A DNA stretch of 64,000 nucleotides from an uncultured Gammaproteobacteria bacterium (GCA_964515785.1 CAZEWH010000003.1:16013-80012); one strand, 5' to 3'. Numbered from the stretch's first letter, positions 1 through 9,503 are shown. Numbers and translations: made by a program. Notes: generated by a model from the letters alone, not told the origin.

Positions 1-168
1 TAATAGCTTGAAAAGTGTCGCCTGATTGGCTGGCTAATTCTGCCCAAAATTGATCATCTGTTTGTGTACCGGCATTTTTGATCGGCTCTGTCTTGAGCCA
101 AGCCCAAAATATAGCAACAATAAAAAAACTTACCAGAACAAATAATAAAACTTTTTTATTTTTTTCAT
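1..168 (-). CDS. Partial small membrane-anchored hypothetical protein (runs off the window start)
   Basis: ATG at 168; open frame MKKNKKVLLFVLVSFFIVAIFWAWLK... continues to position 1; N-terminal TM segment. Confidence 0.7.
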
Positions 169-180
169 TGCCTAAAAAAA

Positions 181-786
181 TCATACTTGAGTTTTTAAAA
201 CAATTAATTTTATATCTTCTTGGGGTAAATCTTTTTTAGATACTTTAAATTTTTCTTCTTCTTGAGCCTTTACACCAAACTCTTTGATAAAATTACTGAC
301 ATTGTCTAGCTTTAGTTTGCCTGATCCTGCTGCGTGACAACTAGGAATGACTACTCGTGGCTCTATCTGAGAGATAAGCTTACTAGCTTCTTTGGCAGTA
401 GTCAGATCATTGCCACCAACCGGCAAAATCAAAACATCAGCCCCCTCGACTAATTCTAAATCACTATTGGTTAATTCTTGATGACCATATTCTCCTAAAA
501 AAGCAATTCTAATATCTTCAAACAGAATTAAATAAATAATATTTCCGTTGATCTGACGACCATAGACAAAAATATCGTTGTGTTCGTATTCACCAGGTGA
601 ATCAACCACAAAAGCTTCTTTGTGATATTTAGCATCTTTGATCTTATCAGGATCAGAAAATAAGACTACATCAGCTTTGGTCTTGGGAAATTTAGTTGTT
701 TTGTCTAGGCTATAGGGATTAAAAACTATAGCTTTTTTAGTATTTTGAATCTTAAAATAGTTAAATCCGTACCATGAAATTGTCAT
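181..786 (-). CDS. MBL-fold metallo-hydrolase-like protein (probably degenerate metal site)
   Basis: MTISWYG, SPGEYE, DVLILPVGG and IEPRVVIP motifs of Zn-hydrolase/MBL homologs; the HxHxDH motif is missing. Confidence 0.75.
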   Translation of the reverse strand: MTISWYGFNYFKIQNTKKAIVFNPYSLDKTTKFPKTKADVVLFSDPDKIKDAKYHKEAFVVDSPGEYEHNDIFVYGRQINGNIIYLILFEDIRIAFLGEYGHQELTNSDLELVEGADVLILPVGGNDLTTAKEASKLISQIEPRVVIPSCHAAGSGKLKLDNVSNFIKEFGVKAQEEEKFKVSKKDLPQEDIKLIVLKTQV

Positions 787-911
787 ATTTTTTAGCTTAT
801 TTATTTACTCTAAAACGCTATTATTTTAGCATAAATATCTATAAAAGTAAAGACAAATAAGGCTATAAATAGCCTATTTTTATTGACTGAAATCAAGTAA
901 ATTTTATGCAT

Positions 912-950
912 AAAAAAGACCCCACTTGTTCTCACAAATGGGGTAAAAAA
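912..950 (-). terminator. Intrinsic terminator of the 952-1662 cassette
   Basis: Minus-strand stem ACCCCATTTGT/ACAAGTGGGGT followed by a T-run, directly after the stop codon. Confidence 0.75.
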
Positions 951-951
951 A

Positions 952-1662
952 CTAGACAACTACCTGACGGGAATGCAGGTTGACATGGGAATCAACAGAA
1001 AAGCACCAATAGATGCTGATCTCGTCATCACGAAGGTGCGAATAAACGCTCGGTACACCGTCATTGGAGACGCGCGAACCAGCACAAAGTGTCGCATTCT
1101 GGATATCCAGATGCTGACCTGTTTCACTCCAGTACTTGAGTTCATAGACCAGACGCTCTAGCAAGGTGATGGAATCAATTCCCCGCTCTTTGAGCTGGTC
1201 AACTGAAGTATTTTCCAGCTCCTCGTCAGATTCCTCTCTATCGCGAAGACGGATGACGTAATTGCAGTCAGCTACGCGGTCATTCTCGATAACATCCTTA
1301 TCCAGATTATCAACACATGTCCAGACTTTGAAGTGTTTGCGCATGACTTTAATCAAGTCGTTTAGCTTCAATCCCTTGGGGATGAAGATGACACGGTCAA
1401 AGCCGCCGGGGTTGTCGAGAATTTGAATATCAGAGAAGTCTACCGACATACGGAGGTACCTGCGGTAGAACTCCTGCCATTCTTCGCGTATATCCGAAGT
1501 AGTAAAGCAATGTTCTTCGCGCAGAAAACGCTTTAGGCTCTGAAACCACATCTGGCCATTGGGACCAGCCAGTTTTTGCAACAGGTCATACAGTGTGCCT
1601 AGCGTAACTACCGGCAGCTGTACGAGCTGAGCTCTAATCATACCGAGCATGTCTCTAGACAT
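952..1662 (-). CDS. Hypothetical protein with CLec/FGE-like C-terminus; candidate DGR target
   Basis: ITLLERL..ELKY..ETG.HLD...TLCAGSR....VP...W.......L.SR C-terminus; AAAGGAG SD; NNY-rich 3' codons. Confidence 0.75.
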   Translation of the reverse strand: MSRDMLGMIRAQLVQLPVVTLGTLYDLLQKLAGPNGQMWFQSLKRFLREEHCFTTSDIREEWQEFYRRYLRMSVDFSDIQILDNPGGFDRVIFIPKGLKLNDLIKVMRKHFKVWTCVDNLDKDVIENDRVADCNYVIRLRDREESDEELENTSVDQLKERGIDSITLLERLVYELKYWSETGQHLDIQNATLCAGSRVSNDGVPSVYSHLRDDEISIYWCFSVDSHVNLHSRQVVV

Positions 1663-1669
1663 GGTCAGT

Positions 1670-1749
1670 CTCCTTTATTTAAAGGACAGTATCACTCCAG
1701 GCTTTCTAGAGTAATATGCAATAATAGCATATTTTGTTTATTTTGTCAA
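1670..1749 (-). promoter_or_regulatory. Sigma70 promoter + boxA-like motif + SD of cassette A
   Basis: TTGACA(1749-1744)-17-TATTAT(1726-1721) with TG extension; GTCCTTTAAA at 1687-1678; AAAGGAG at 1676-1670. Confidence 0.7.
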
Positions 1750-1773
1750 TATTATACATACATCTAAACATTC

Positions 1774-1885
1774 TTGACCTTTTTCATAATTTATGGTAAA
1801 TTACAGACCAATTCAATAATAAATTTTCTCATGTCCATGCGTGAGACACTCAGTTTAAAAACTGGGTTAACGATTAATAATTAAC
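1774..1885 (+). promoter_or_regulatory. rpsA promoter and structured SD-less 5' leader
   Basis: TTGACC-17-TAAATT; hairpin TCTCAT-GTCCATGC-GTGAGA (1827-1846); hairpin ACTCAGTTT/AAACTGGGT (1848-1867). Confidence 0.6.
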
Positions 1886-3112
1886 ATGACAAGTACACAA
1901 ACAAGTCCAATGGAGGCCTTACTTCAAGACGAAAAGGCTGTCCAAGTCCCAAAAATTGGTGACATGGTCACAGGTAAAGTGATCTCTATCTCTAAAAACG
2001 AAATTTATCTAGATCTAGAAGGTATTACGACCGGTATTATTCGTGGTCGCGAAATCTACGATGAATCTGATGAATTTTCAAATCTTAAAGTCGATGAAAA
2101 AGCAACCGCTACTGTCATCGGTCTTGATAATGAAAATGGCTACATGGAATTATCTTTCCGTGAAGCTGGTCACAAAAAAGCTTGGGACAATTTAGAAAAA
2201 CTTTATAACGATGGAGAAATCATTGCCTCTAAAGTATTTGATGCCAATAAAGGTGGCTTGATGATCAAATTAGGTAATGTGATTGGCTTTTTACCAGTTT
2301 CTCAATTAACTATCGAACACTATCCTCGTATTGAAGGTGGTGACAAAAATAAAATCTTGACTCATTTGAAATCATTTATTGGTCAAGATATGAAAACAAA
2401 GATTATCGATGTCAATGAAAAAGAAGAAAAACTGATTGTTTCAGAAAAAGCTGCTTGGGATGACAAACAAAAGAAAGTTATCTCCAAATATAGAGTTGGT
2501 GACAAAGTCAAAGGTAAAATCACTGGTGTGGTCGACTTTGGTGCTTTTGTAGAATTTGGTGACAACCTCGAAGGTCTGGTCCATATCTCAGAGCTAGCTT
2601 GGCAGCGCATTGATGATCCTCGTGATATCGTCAAAGTTGGCGACATTGTCGAAACTGCTATTATTGATATCGAAAATACAAAGATTTCTTTGTCTATCAA
2701 AAAACTTAAGAAAGATCCTTGGGTCGATGTTGATAAAAAATACAAAGCTGGCGATATAGTCAACGGAAAAGTTATCAAAGTCAATCCTTTTGGTGCCTTT
2801 GTAGAACTAGATGACGATATTCATGGCTTAGTCCATATTTCTGAAATCAGTAACAAAAAAATCTCAAATCTAGAAGATACTATAGAGGTTGGTAAAAAAT
2901 ACGACTTTAATATTTTGAGTGTAGAACCACATAATCATCGTCTTGGTTTGTCTTTAAAAAAGAAAGATTCTAAAAAATCTGCAGACAAAGAAACTCCAAA
3001 AAAAGAAGATAAACCTGCTAAAGAAGATAAAAAAGACGAAGAAAAAACTGACGAAAAAAAAGAGGTTAAAGAAACTAAAGAAGAAAAAGTAGAAGAAAAA
3101 GCTAAAAAATAA
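1886..3112 (+). CDS. rpsA: 30S ribosomal protein S1 (4 S1 domains, K/E-rich tail)
   Basis: Repeated S1 motifs FGAFVE...GLVHISE and NKGGL...GFLPVSQ. Confidence 0.95.
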   Translation: MTSTQTSPMEALLQDEKAVQVPKIGDMVTGKVISISKNEIYLDLEGITTGIIRGREIYDESDEFSNLKVDEKATATVIGLDNENGYMELSFREAGHKKAWDNLEKLYNDGEIIASKVFDANKGGLMIKLGNVIGFLPVSQLTIEHYPRIEGGDKNKILTHLKSFIGQDMKTKIIDVNEKEEKLIVSEKAAWDDKQKKVISKYRVGDKVKGKITGVVDFGAFVEFGDNLEGLVHISELAWQRIDDPRDIVKVGDIVETAIIDIENTKISLSIKKLKKDPWVDVDKKYKAGDIVNGKVIKVNPFGAFVELDDDIHGLVHISEISNKKISNLEDTIEVGKKYDFNILSVEPHNHRLGLSLKKKDSKKSADKETPKKEDKPAKEDKKDEEKTDEKKEVKETKEEKVEEKAKK

Positions 3113-3117
3113 TTTTT

Positions 3118-4926
3118 ATGAAAAAAATCATCAAAAATTTTGTAATATTTTTCCTTATATTTGCAGTCTTAGCAAGCATCTTTGCTGCTTTTGATAAGCA
3201 AGATGATAATATTGAATCTATTACTATCACTCAACTTGTCCAAGAAATAAATAATGAGCAAGTAGAGAGTATAGAAGTAACTGGTAATGAACTGAATATT
3301 ACTCTAACAAATAAAGAATCTCGTTTGAGTCAAAAAGAAACCAACGAATCTTTGAGTACTTTACTGAGTAATTATGAAATAGCTCCTGACAAACTAGCCA
3401 AGGTCAATATTACTATTGGTGATGAACCAACTAAAGGAGTTTTCATGACTAGTATTTTTCCGTTTTTGATTCCTATCATCTTTATTATTGCTTTGATCTG
3501 GTTTATGATGCGCCAGGTCCAAGGTGTAAATAATCGAGCTATGACCTTTGGTCAATCTGGTGCTAAGGTTGCTGACCAACAAAAGCAAAAATATACTTTC
3601 AAAGATGTAGCTGGTGCTTATGAAGCTAAAGAAGATCTCAAAGAAATAGTAGAATTTTTACAACAACCACAAAAATTTATTTCCCTAGGCGCCAAAATCC
3701 CTAAAGGTGTACTATTACTTGGTGCTCCTGGTACTGGTAAGACTCTATTAGCTAGGGCAGTGGCTGGTGAAGCTAAAGTTCCGTTTTTTCATATTTCTGG
3801 TTCTGAATTTGTAGAAATGTTTGTAGGTGTAGGTGCTAGCCGTGTTCGTGATTTATTTAAAAAAGCAAAAAAAGCTGCTCCTTGTTTGATATTTATTGAT
3901 GAAATTGATGCAGTTGGTCGCCAACGTGGTGCTGGATTAGGTGGTTCTCATGATGAAAGAGAACAAACTCTAAACCAAATCTTGGTAGAAATGGATGGTT
4001 TTGATAACCAAACAAATATTATCATTATTGCTGCTACCAATAGACCAGATGTCTTGGATCCTGCCTTGCTCCGACCAGGACGTTTTGATCGTCAAGTAGT
4101 TATAGATATTCCAGATATCAAAGAAAGAAAGGCTATCTTAAAAATTCATGCCAAAGACAAACCCTTGGAAAAAGACGTAGACCTCAAACAAGTGGCTCAA
4201 CGTACTCCGGGATTTTCTGGAGCAGATCTATCCAATGTCTTGAATGAGGCTGCTATCATGGCTGCCAAAGAAGATAAAAAAATTATTAATCATCAAACTA
4301 TATTGGACGCTATTGAAAGAGTCTTGTTAGGACGTGAAAGAAAAAGTCATATCTTATCTGACAAAGAAAAAAAAATAACAGCTTATCATGAAGCTGGTCA
4401 TGCTATCGTAGCGCATGTCCTACCAAATGCTGACCCAGTCCACAAAGTATCTATTATTTCTCGTGGTAGAGCAGCCGGCTATACTATCAATCTTCCTCAA
4501 GAAGACAAAAAAATGCAAGGTTATTCTGACTTTTTGGATAACATGGCCGTCCTACTTGGTGGCTATGCAGCTGAAGAAATGTATTTTGATGAAGTGACTA
4601 CTGGAGCCAGTAATGATCTCAAAAAATTGACCAGTATTGCTCGTCAGATTGTCACTCAATATGGTATGGACAAAAAACTAGGGCCACGTACTTTTGGTCA
4701 AAAAGAAGAAATGGTTTTCTTGGGTAAAGAAATCCACGAAAGACGTGACTATAGTGAAAAAACTGCTGAAGTAATAGATGAAGAAATTTCTAAATATGTA
4801 AAACAAGCTCTGGAAACTGCCAAGAAAGTAATCACTGACAATAAAGACAAGATAGAAAAAATAGCCAAAGTCTTGGTAGAAAAAGAAACTCTAGAAAAAG
4901 AAGCTTTTGATGCATTAGTTGCTTAA
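3118..4926 (+). CDS. ftsH: ATP-dependent zinc metalloprotease FtsH
   Basis: 2 TM segments; Walker A GAPGTGKT; DEIDAVGR; SRH; HEAGH zinc motif. Confidence 0.98.
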   Translation: MKKIIKNFVIFFLIFAVLASIFAAFDKQDDNIESITITQLVQEINNEQVESIEVTGNELNITLTNKESRLSQKETNESLSTLLSNYEIAPDKLAKVNITIGDEPTKGVFMTSIFPFLIPIIFIIALIWFMMRQVQGVNNRAMTFGQSGAKVADQQKQKYTFKDVAGAYEAKEDLKEIVEFLQQPQKFISLGAKIPKGVLLLGAPGTGKTLLARAVAGEAKVPFFHISGSEFVEMFVGVGASRVRDLFKKAKKAAPCLIFIDEIDAVGRQRGAGLGGSHDEREQTLNQILVEMDGFDNQTNIIIIAATNRPDVLDPALLRPGRFDRQVVIDIPDIKERKAILKIHAKDKPLEKDVDLKQVAQRTPGFSGADLSNVLNEAAIMAAKEDKKIINHQTILDAIERVLLGRERKSHILSDKEKKITAYHEAGHAIVAHVLPNADPVHKVSIISRGRAAGYTINLPQEDKKMQGYSDFLDNMAVLLGGYAAEEMYFDEVTTGASNDLKKLTSIARQIVTQYGMDKKLGPRTFGQKEEMVFLGKEIHERRDYSEKTAEVIDEEISKYVKQALETAKKVITDNKDKIEKIAKVLVEKETLEKEAFDALVA

Positions 4927-4930
4927 ATAG

Positions 4931-4960
4931 AAAAACCCGCTGAACTTAAGCGGGTTTTTT
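4931..4960 (+). terminator. ftsH intrinsic terminator
   Basis: AAAAACCCGC...GCGGGTTTTTT. Confidence 0.85.
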
Positions 4961-4968
4961 GTTTTAAT

Positions 4969-5008
4969 AAAAAAACTGGAGTCCCTATTTATATAGTTAC
5001 TCCAGTAA
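4969..5008 (-). terminator. Separate terminator of cassette B
   Basis: Minus-strand ACTGGAGT...ACTCCAGT followed by a T-run, right after the 5013 stop. Confidence 0.7.
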
Positions 5009-5012
5009 AGAT

Positions 5013-5354
5013 TCAAAGATCCAAACCCTCCACCTTAGCGGGGTCAAGTTGACTGCCACCATTAGGGAAAAGAACCATCGGGCCCATGGTCGGCATCATA
5101 CACATGATACGACCATTACTAATCTCCTGAGGTTTAATCTCGTTACCGTTTACAGAGCTAGTAGTGATGTCCCATTTTCTCCAGGTACCCTCACCTGGGG
5201 TCATGGCAGCCATCCACTCATTTTCAAAGCGGACCATACCATAATCGTCGATGGTAATACTCTTGATGGGCCCACGATAAACACTACCGCCCTCTTGAGT
5301 CTCAATATCACCACCAATAAACTTGCCACTGTCGACTACTTCTTGCCATTCCAT
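5013..5354 (-). CDS. Hypothetical protein (cassette B, GC-rich, 113 aa)
   Basis: Start moved to ATG 5354 behind GGGAGG; own TTGACA-17-TAATTT promoter (5430-5402). Confidence 0.75.
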   Translation of the reverse strand: MEWQEVVDSGKFIGGDIETQEGGSVYRGPIKSITIDDYGMVRFENEWMAAMTPGEGTWRKWDITTSSVNGNEIKPQEISNGRIMCMMPTMGPMVLFPNGGSQLDPAKVEGLDL

Positions 5355-5431
5355 AAACTGACCTCCCATTAGGGTTTAAAAACAACAGATGAATTCATAA
5401 TAAATTAACACTAAGCTAAATTATTGTCAAA

Positions 5432-5712
5432 TAGAAGAACCAGTGCTTCTGATGGATAGACCTTGCGGCGCACCATCCACACTGGTTCAGCTCGGTCCTC
5501 AATGACCATGATTTAGTCACTCCGCGTACGGACGAGGACCCTTCGTTAGATCCTAGTTATTCAAATAAGCCAATGTGGCTCTCCATCTACCGGTTGCTAC
5601 CGGCAGGCTTGGAAACAGCAGATATTGTATCCAGCTTTCGGCCTATCATGTGGTGAACCCACTTCGCCGCAGCACGCAATACATAGAGCTACTGCTCACG
5701 TTTAGAATCTAT
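5432..5712 (-). ncRNA. Unrecognised ~280-nt structured ncRNA candidate
   Basis: GC-rich with no long ORF; TTGACT-17-TAATCT promoter (5746-5718) places the TSS at a 9-bp closing helix (5711-5703/5555-5547); several helices have G-U pairs only on the minus strand; UACG and GCAA tetraloops. Confidence 0.7.
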
Positions 5713-5803
5713 TTATGAGATTAGCAAATAAATTATTTTTAGTCAAAATATTTACAGTTATGGATATCTCAGTTAAAATAGTAATATAAATTAAATAAAC
5801 ACT

Positions 5804-6346
5804 ATGAAAAAAATTATTTTAACTATTATAATTTTGGCTCTAGTAATTTTCTTTTGGCCAAAATATAATGGTAGTGGCGGTAGTGCTGTTGACGCTAAAA
5901 ATACTCAATGTCAATGCATTGGTATTCAAAAAGATTGGGTAGCTATTGGCTCTTGGAAGTCTACTTGTTATGGAATTCCTATAGATTGCCAAACTACTTA
6001 TGGAACAAGAGACCATCTAACTACTATTTCTGAAATAAAAAATACTAAGCCTACTACAGGTAATTTTATTGTAGAAGGCTATGTAGTAAAAATATATACT
6101 TGCCCCTCATGTCCGCCAGGAGCTCAATGTAAACCTTGTATGAAAAATAATATTATAATTTCAACTAATAATAATTTGCTTGAAACTTATGATCTATCAG
6201 ATAATGAATTAATATTATTTATAAACGACCTTGAAGGACTTGAGTTAGGTAAAAAATACGAATTCTCTATAAATATTCTAGATTATAAATCTACTTTGGA
6301 AAATATAAATGATATCAAAATAGCTGGATGGAATCCAATAGAATAA
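5804..6346 (+). CDS. Exported Cys-rich hypothetical protein
   Basis: Signal/TM N-terminus; CQCIG...C...C and CPSCPPGAQCKPC; host-like AT content. Confidence 0.75.
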   Translation: MKKIILTIIILALVIFFWPKYNGSGGSAVDAKNTQCQCIGIQKDWVAIGSWKSTCYGIPIDCQTTYGTRDHLTTISEIKNTKPTTGNFIVEGYVVKIYTCPSCPPGAQCKPCMKNNIIISTNNNLLETYDLSDNELILFINDLEGLELGKKYEFSINILDYKSTLENINDIKIAGWNPIE

Positions 6347-6350
6347 AATA

Positions 6351-6378
6351 AAAAAGTCGTGGTATAGTCCACGACTTT
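6351..6378. terminator. Bidirectional terminator between 5804 and cassette C
   Basis: AAAAAGTCGTGG...CCACGACTTT inverted repeat flanked by A and T runs. Confidence 0.8.
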
Positions 6379-6383
6379 ATTTT

Positions 6384-6704
6384 TTAAACCTCGATGATCA
6401 CCGTATGATCGGCTGTGCCATGCTCCCAGCGAGGATTAAAATCCGGCTGCTGGAAAGTCTCATGGTAACGTGGATGAAGATCACTCTCCAGAGAGCAAAC
6501 GTCTTCGGTAGTCATCACGACTAGACAAGTGGCATCGCCAAAGCCTGTCCGTAAAGCCAAGCTATGAGCCTCTTCGGTACTCAGTGGCCACTTGGCTGCC
6601 AAGGACTGAGCCATGGATTTGGCCAACATACCATTACAGCCAGCTACGACTTTCATGACCACCTGACCATCTGAAGTGACTGTTACTAAACCTTGCGTTG
6701 CCAT
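6384..6704 (-). CDS. Hypothetical protein (cassette C, gene 3)
   Basis: AAGGAGGTG SD supports ATG 6704; GC-rich. Confidence 0.75.
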   Translation of the reverse strand: MATQGLVTVTSDGQVVMKVVAGCNGMLAKSMAQSLAAKWPLSTEEAHSLALRTGFGDATCLVVMTTEDVCSLESDLHPRYHETFQQPDFNPRWEHGTADHTVIIEV

Positions 6705-6714
6705 ATCCACCTCC

Positions 6715-6996
6715 TTAGGATCTGAAAATGTTTAGAAGAATCCAGCTGTCCCCCCGATCATCCTCCTGGCCGCGGGCCAGCTCCTGATCTAGATGAGGGC
6801 ATGATGTGGCAATGAAAATCTGCTCATCAGTGCGGGCAAGACCGACTGCTAGGGGTATTTCAGCTGAGGCCCTGCAATCGTACTGCTTGCATTCGCAAAG
6901 AATTGCCTGTGTTTCCTCGACTGCTTCGGACACAACGGCCTCCTTAATGGTAGTTCTACAAACCGATTCGACCTTTGATCTGTCTTTCGGTTTCAT
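6715..6996 (-). CDS. Hypothetical Cys-containing protein (cassette C, gene 2)
   Basis: 93-aa ORF overlapping the upstream ORF; CECxxxxC...C; its stop abuts the next SD. Confidence 0.6.
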   Translation of the reverse strand: MKPKDRSKVESVCRTTIKEAVVSEAVEETQAILCECKQYDCRASAEIPLAVGLARTDEQIFIATSCPHLDQELARGQEDDRGDSWILLNIFRS

Positions 6997-7165
6997 CCAT
7001 TTTCTTTTTAAGAACCCAGAAGGCTCTTATCTGAAATCCTCCGCCGATTGTGATAATCGCCAAAGGAAGGACAATCCAAGCTGGATGCGTTGTCACATCT
7101 TTGAGAACAAAAGCTAATATCGTTCCAATAACGATAAAGCAAATACCAACTAAGAAATTCTTCAT
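6956..7165 (-). CDS. Small 2-TM membrane protein (cassette C, gene 1)
   Basis: Two hydrophobic helices; AAAGAGGTG SD; TTGACA-17-TATATT promoter (7238-7210). Confidence 0.7.
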   Translation of the reverse strand: MKNFLVGICFIVIGTILAFVLKDVTTHPAWIVLPLAIITIGGGFQIRAFWVLKKKMDETERQIKGRIGL

Positions 7166-7236
7166 CTTGCACCTCTTTGACTTTTGAATTTATGTACGTA
7201 AAACATAGCAATATAACATAAATATATTGCTTTGTC

Positions 7237-7274
7237 AACATGTACCACTCACACTTTGTGTTCGGGTACATGTT
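7237..7274. repeat. Palindrome AACATGTACC...GGTACATGTT fused to a -35 box
   Basis: Perfect 10-bp inverted repeat whose terminal GTT overlaps TTGACA; similar elements at 18553 and 62061. Confidence 0.6.
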
Positions 7275-7305
7275 TAAAAATACTAAATAAAAAGACCTGA
7301 ATGAT

Positions 7306-7632
7306 TCAGGTCTTGAAATCGTAATTCCAGCTGATTCTAATAATGAACTGGCTGCACTGTTTATCAACTCGCAGAATAGTAGAATTCAACTCCCAACTGT
7401 CCATCACAGCTTGATGACCATACTTTTTGCGTAGCAAACCCAACACATATTCATCAGTGATCTTTGTCTCACTAGGACGGACAATCCAAAAAGTGCTAGT
7501 CCTCAAGCCGTTTACTACCTTGGGTTTACCTCTAGGAAAAAGCATTCCCAAGATATCCGGGACACCGGAAAAACCATCTCTGTCTATGAGAAAAAGACGA
7601 TCTGACAAAGCAAAGTTATCACTAGGCCGCAT
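7306..7632 (-). CDS. Hypothetical protein (cassette D)
   Basis: AGGAGG SD; TTGCTA-17-TAGTCT promoter (7709-7681); terminator hairpin 7290-7314 overlaps the stop. Confidence 0.75.
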   Translation of the reverse strand: MRPSDNFALSDRLFLIDRDGFSGVPDILGMLFPRGKPKVVNGLRTSTFWIVRPSETKITDEYVLGLLRKKYGHQAVMDSWELNSTILRVDKQCSQFIIRISWNYDFKT

Positions 7633-7747
7633 TGTTGTGCCTCCTGTTCTGTTGATTTAGAAGAACTCAAGTCTATACTTAGACTAGCTGAATTAAATAA
7701 ATATAGCAAGTAAAAAAGAGCTAGCAAATTGCTAACTCTTTGAAAAA

Positions 7748-8044
7748 CTAGTCCTCGTCCTGATTCCGCGGATCGCGGAACTTGAGCTCATGCCTGTCGC
7801 AGAACTTGGCCAGGAATTGGTAAAAACGCTCTTCATCATTTTCCCAAATCTTGACCTCAATATGCCAACCATTGGGATGATCGCGATATGTCTCAACGGG
7901 TTGAAACATTTTTCCAGCGTGTGTATCATGCACAGCAAACTCTTCGCCGTAGTTAATGATGAACTCCCAGACATGCGGCAGGGGAATTACAATATGAAGA
8001 TAGATAAAGCGCATGTAAATACTTACATCGTGCTCTTTAGGCAT
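7748..8044 (-). CDS. Hypothetical protein (cassette E)
   Basis: AGGAGG SD; TTGACA-17-TAATTT promoter (8108-8080); GTACCTTTAC motif; terminator 7712-7741. Confidence 0.75.
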   Translation of the reverse strand: MPKEHDVSIYMRFIYLHIVIPLPHVWEFIINYGEEFAVHDTHAGKMFQPVETYRDHPNGWHIEVKIWENDEERFYQFLAKFCDRHELKFRDPRNQDED

Positions 8045-8163
8045 TAGATCCCTCCTGGTAAAGGTACAAAAACAAACTTAAATTACTCTTTTATAGTAAA
8101 ATTGTCAAATTGCTCAAGAATTAAAGCAATGTTATAATAAAAACATTATTAATATAATAAAAT

Positions 8164-8502
8164 ATGTTTAAACCAGAATTAACACAACAACCAGCCGAAG
8201 GTGCTGAGCAAAGTCGAAGTACTGAAAATTCTGAACCAGAAATGAGTCCTGAGCTCAGAGCAGGTCGTGAAGCATTATTAGCTGATCTAGAAGAAGCTGG
8301 CGAAGAAGGTTTGCGAATAATTTATTATGCAGCTGATGTAGTCATCAAGCCAGTACCTGGAGATCCGGAGCGCGTCACTTTTGAAACGCAGCAAGGCAAT
8401 AGTCGCTGGACAGGTAAAAGAAAATTTGGCAACGAGACCGTTACTCTCAATAGCATGGTTTTGCACTCCAAATATAAAAATACATTAGATAAAGCCGCTT
8501 AA
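8164..8502 (+). CDS. Hypothetical protein with acidic disordered N-terminus
   Basis: 112-aa ORF; no SD; TATAAT promoter upstream; co-directional with 8508. Confidence 0.7.
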   Translation: MFKPELTQQPAEGAEQSRSTENSEPEMSPELRAGREALLADLEEAGEEGLRIIYYAADVVIKPVPGDPERVTFETQQGNSRWTGKRKFGNETVTLNSMVLHSKYKNTLDKAA

Positions 8503-8507
8503 AAAAT

Positions 8508-9503
8508 ATGGATTATATTATTGTAATTATTTTAGTTTTGTTATCAGGATTATTTTCTGGCCTGACTCTAGGACTCTTGAGCCTCGACAAAAACGAACTC
8601 AATCGCAAAATTTCACTTGGTAATAAACAAGCTAAAAAAGTCTATGCAGTACGAAAGCGGGGCAATCTCCTGCTCTGCACTTTATTACTCGGTAATGTAG
8701 CTGTGAATTCTACTTTAGCGATTTTCCTAGGTGATATTGCTAGCGGCGTAGTAGCTGGTTTGATAGCTACAGGCTTGATTGTTATCTTTGGTGAGATCAT
8801 ACCACAGGCCACTTTTGCTCGCTACGCTCTAGAGGTTGGTGCTCGCACAGCCTGGCTAGTCCGTATATTTATGATAATCCTCTTTCCAGTATGTTGGCCG
8901 ATTGCCTGGATCTTGGACAAGACCCTAGGTGAAGAAATGCCAACTGTTTATTCCAAAAAAGAATTGATGAAAATTGTCGAAGAACATGAAGGATCTAAAG
9001 AGTCTGATGTGGATGCTGATGAAGAAAGAATTATCAAAGGTGCTCTATCTTTTTCTCATAAAACAGCAGAACAGATCATGACTCCTCGCACAGTTGTCTA
9101 TGCTCTGCCTCATGATGCTATATTAAATAAAAGATTACTTAATAAAATAAAAAAAGAAGGATTTACTAGGATTCCAATTTATAAAGAAAAAATAGATAAT
9201 ACTATTGGTGTGCTTTATGTCAAAGATTTGATCAATATCAGGACAAACACCAAGATTGAAAAAGTCTACCGCAAAGAAAAAACCCTAGCCATCCAAAAAT
9301 CTATGAAACTAGACAACTTACTTCAAACTTTTATAAAATCGAAAAAACATATGGCCTTTGTTCAAGATGAATATAAGGGCCTGGAAGGTGTTGTCACCCT
9401 AGAAGATATCCTCGAAGAAATTATTAGACAAGAAATTGTCGATGAAACAGATCGAGTAGTTAATTTACAAAAAAAAGCGCGTGCCAAGGAAAAGAAAAAA
9501 TAG
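8508..9503 (+). CDS. CNNM/DUF21-CBS domain protein (CorB/hemolysin-like)
   Basis: SGLFSGLTLGLLSLD, LLCTLLLGN, FGEIIPQ motifs; CBS pair with FTRIPIY and VTLEDILEEI. Confidence 0.92.
   Translation: MDYIIVIILVLLSGLFSGLTLGLLSLDKNELNRKISLGNKQAKKVYAVRKRGNLLLCTLLLGNVAVNSTLAIFLGDIASGVVAGLIATGLIVIFGEIIPQATFARYALEVGARTAWLVRIFMIILFPVCWPIAWILDKTLGEEMPTVYSKKELMKIVEEHEGSKESDVDADEERIIKGALSFSHKTAEQIMTPRTVVYALPHDAILNKRLLNKIKKEGFTRIPIYKEKIDNTIGVLYVKDLINIRTNTKIEKVYRKEKTLAIQKSMKLDNLLQTFIKSKKHMAFVQDEYKGLEGVVTLEDILEEIIRQEIVDETDRVVNLQKKARAKEKKK

Noticed and set aside
2960-3112. K/E-rich repetitive tails of S1 (also NusA and S20)
   Set aside because: Ordinary low-complexity charged tails, not DNA repeats.
5603-5622. 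CAGGCTTGGAAACAGCAG on the plus strand resembles SRP RNA helix 8
   Set aside because: The stem around the tetraloop is one base short and unpaired, there is no plus-strand promoter, and G-U pairing favours the minus strand; cmscan would settle it.
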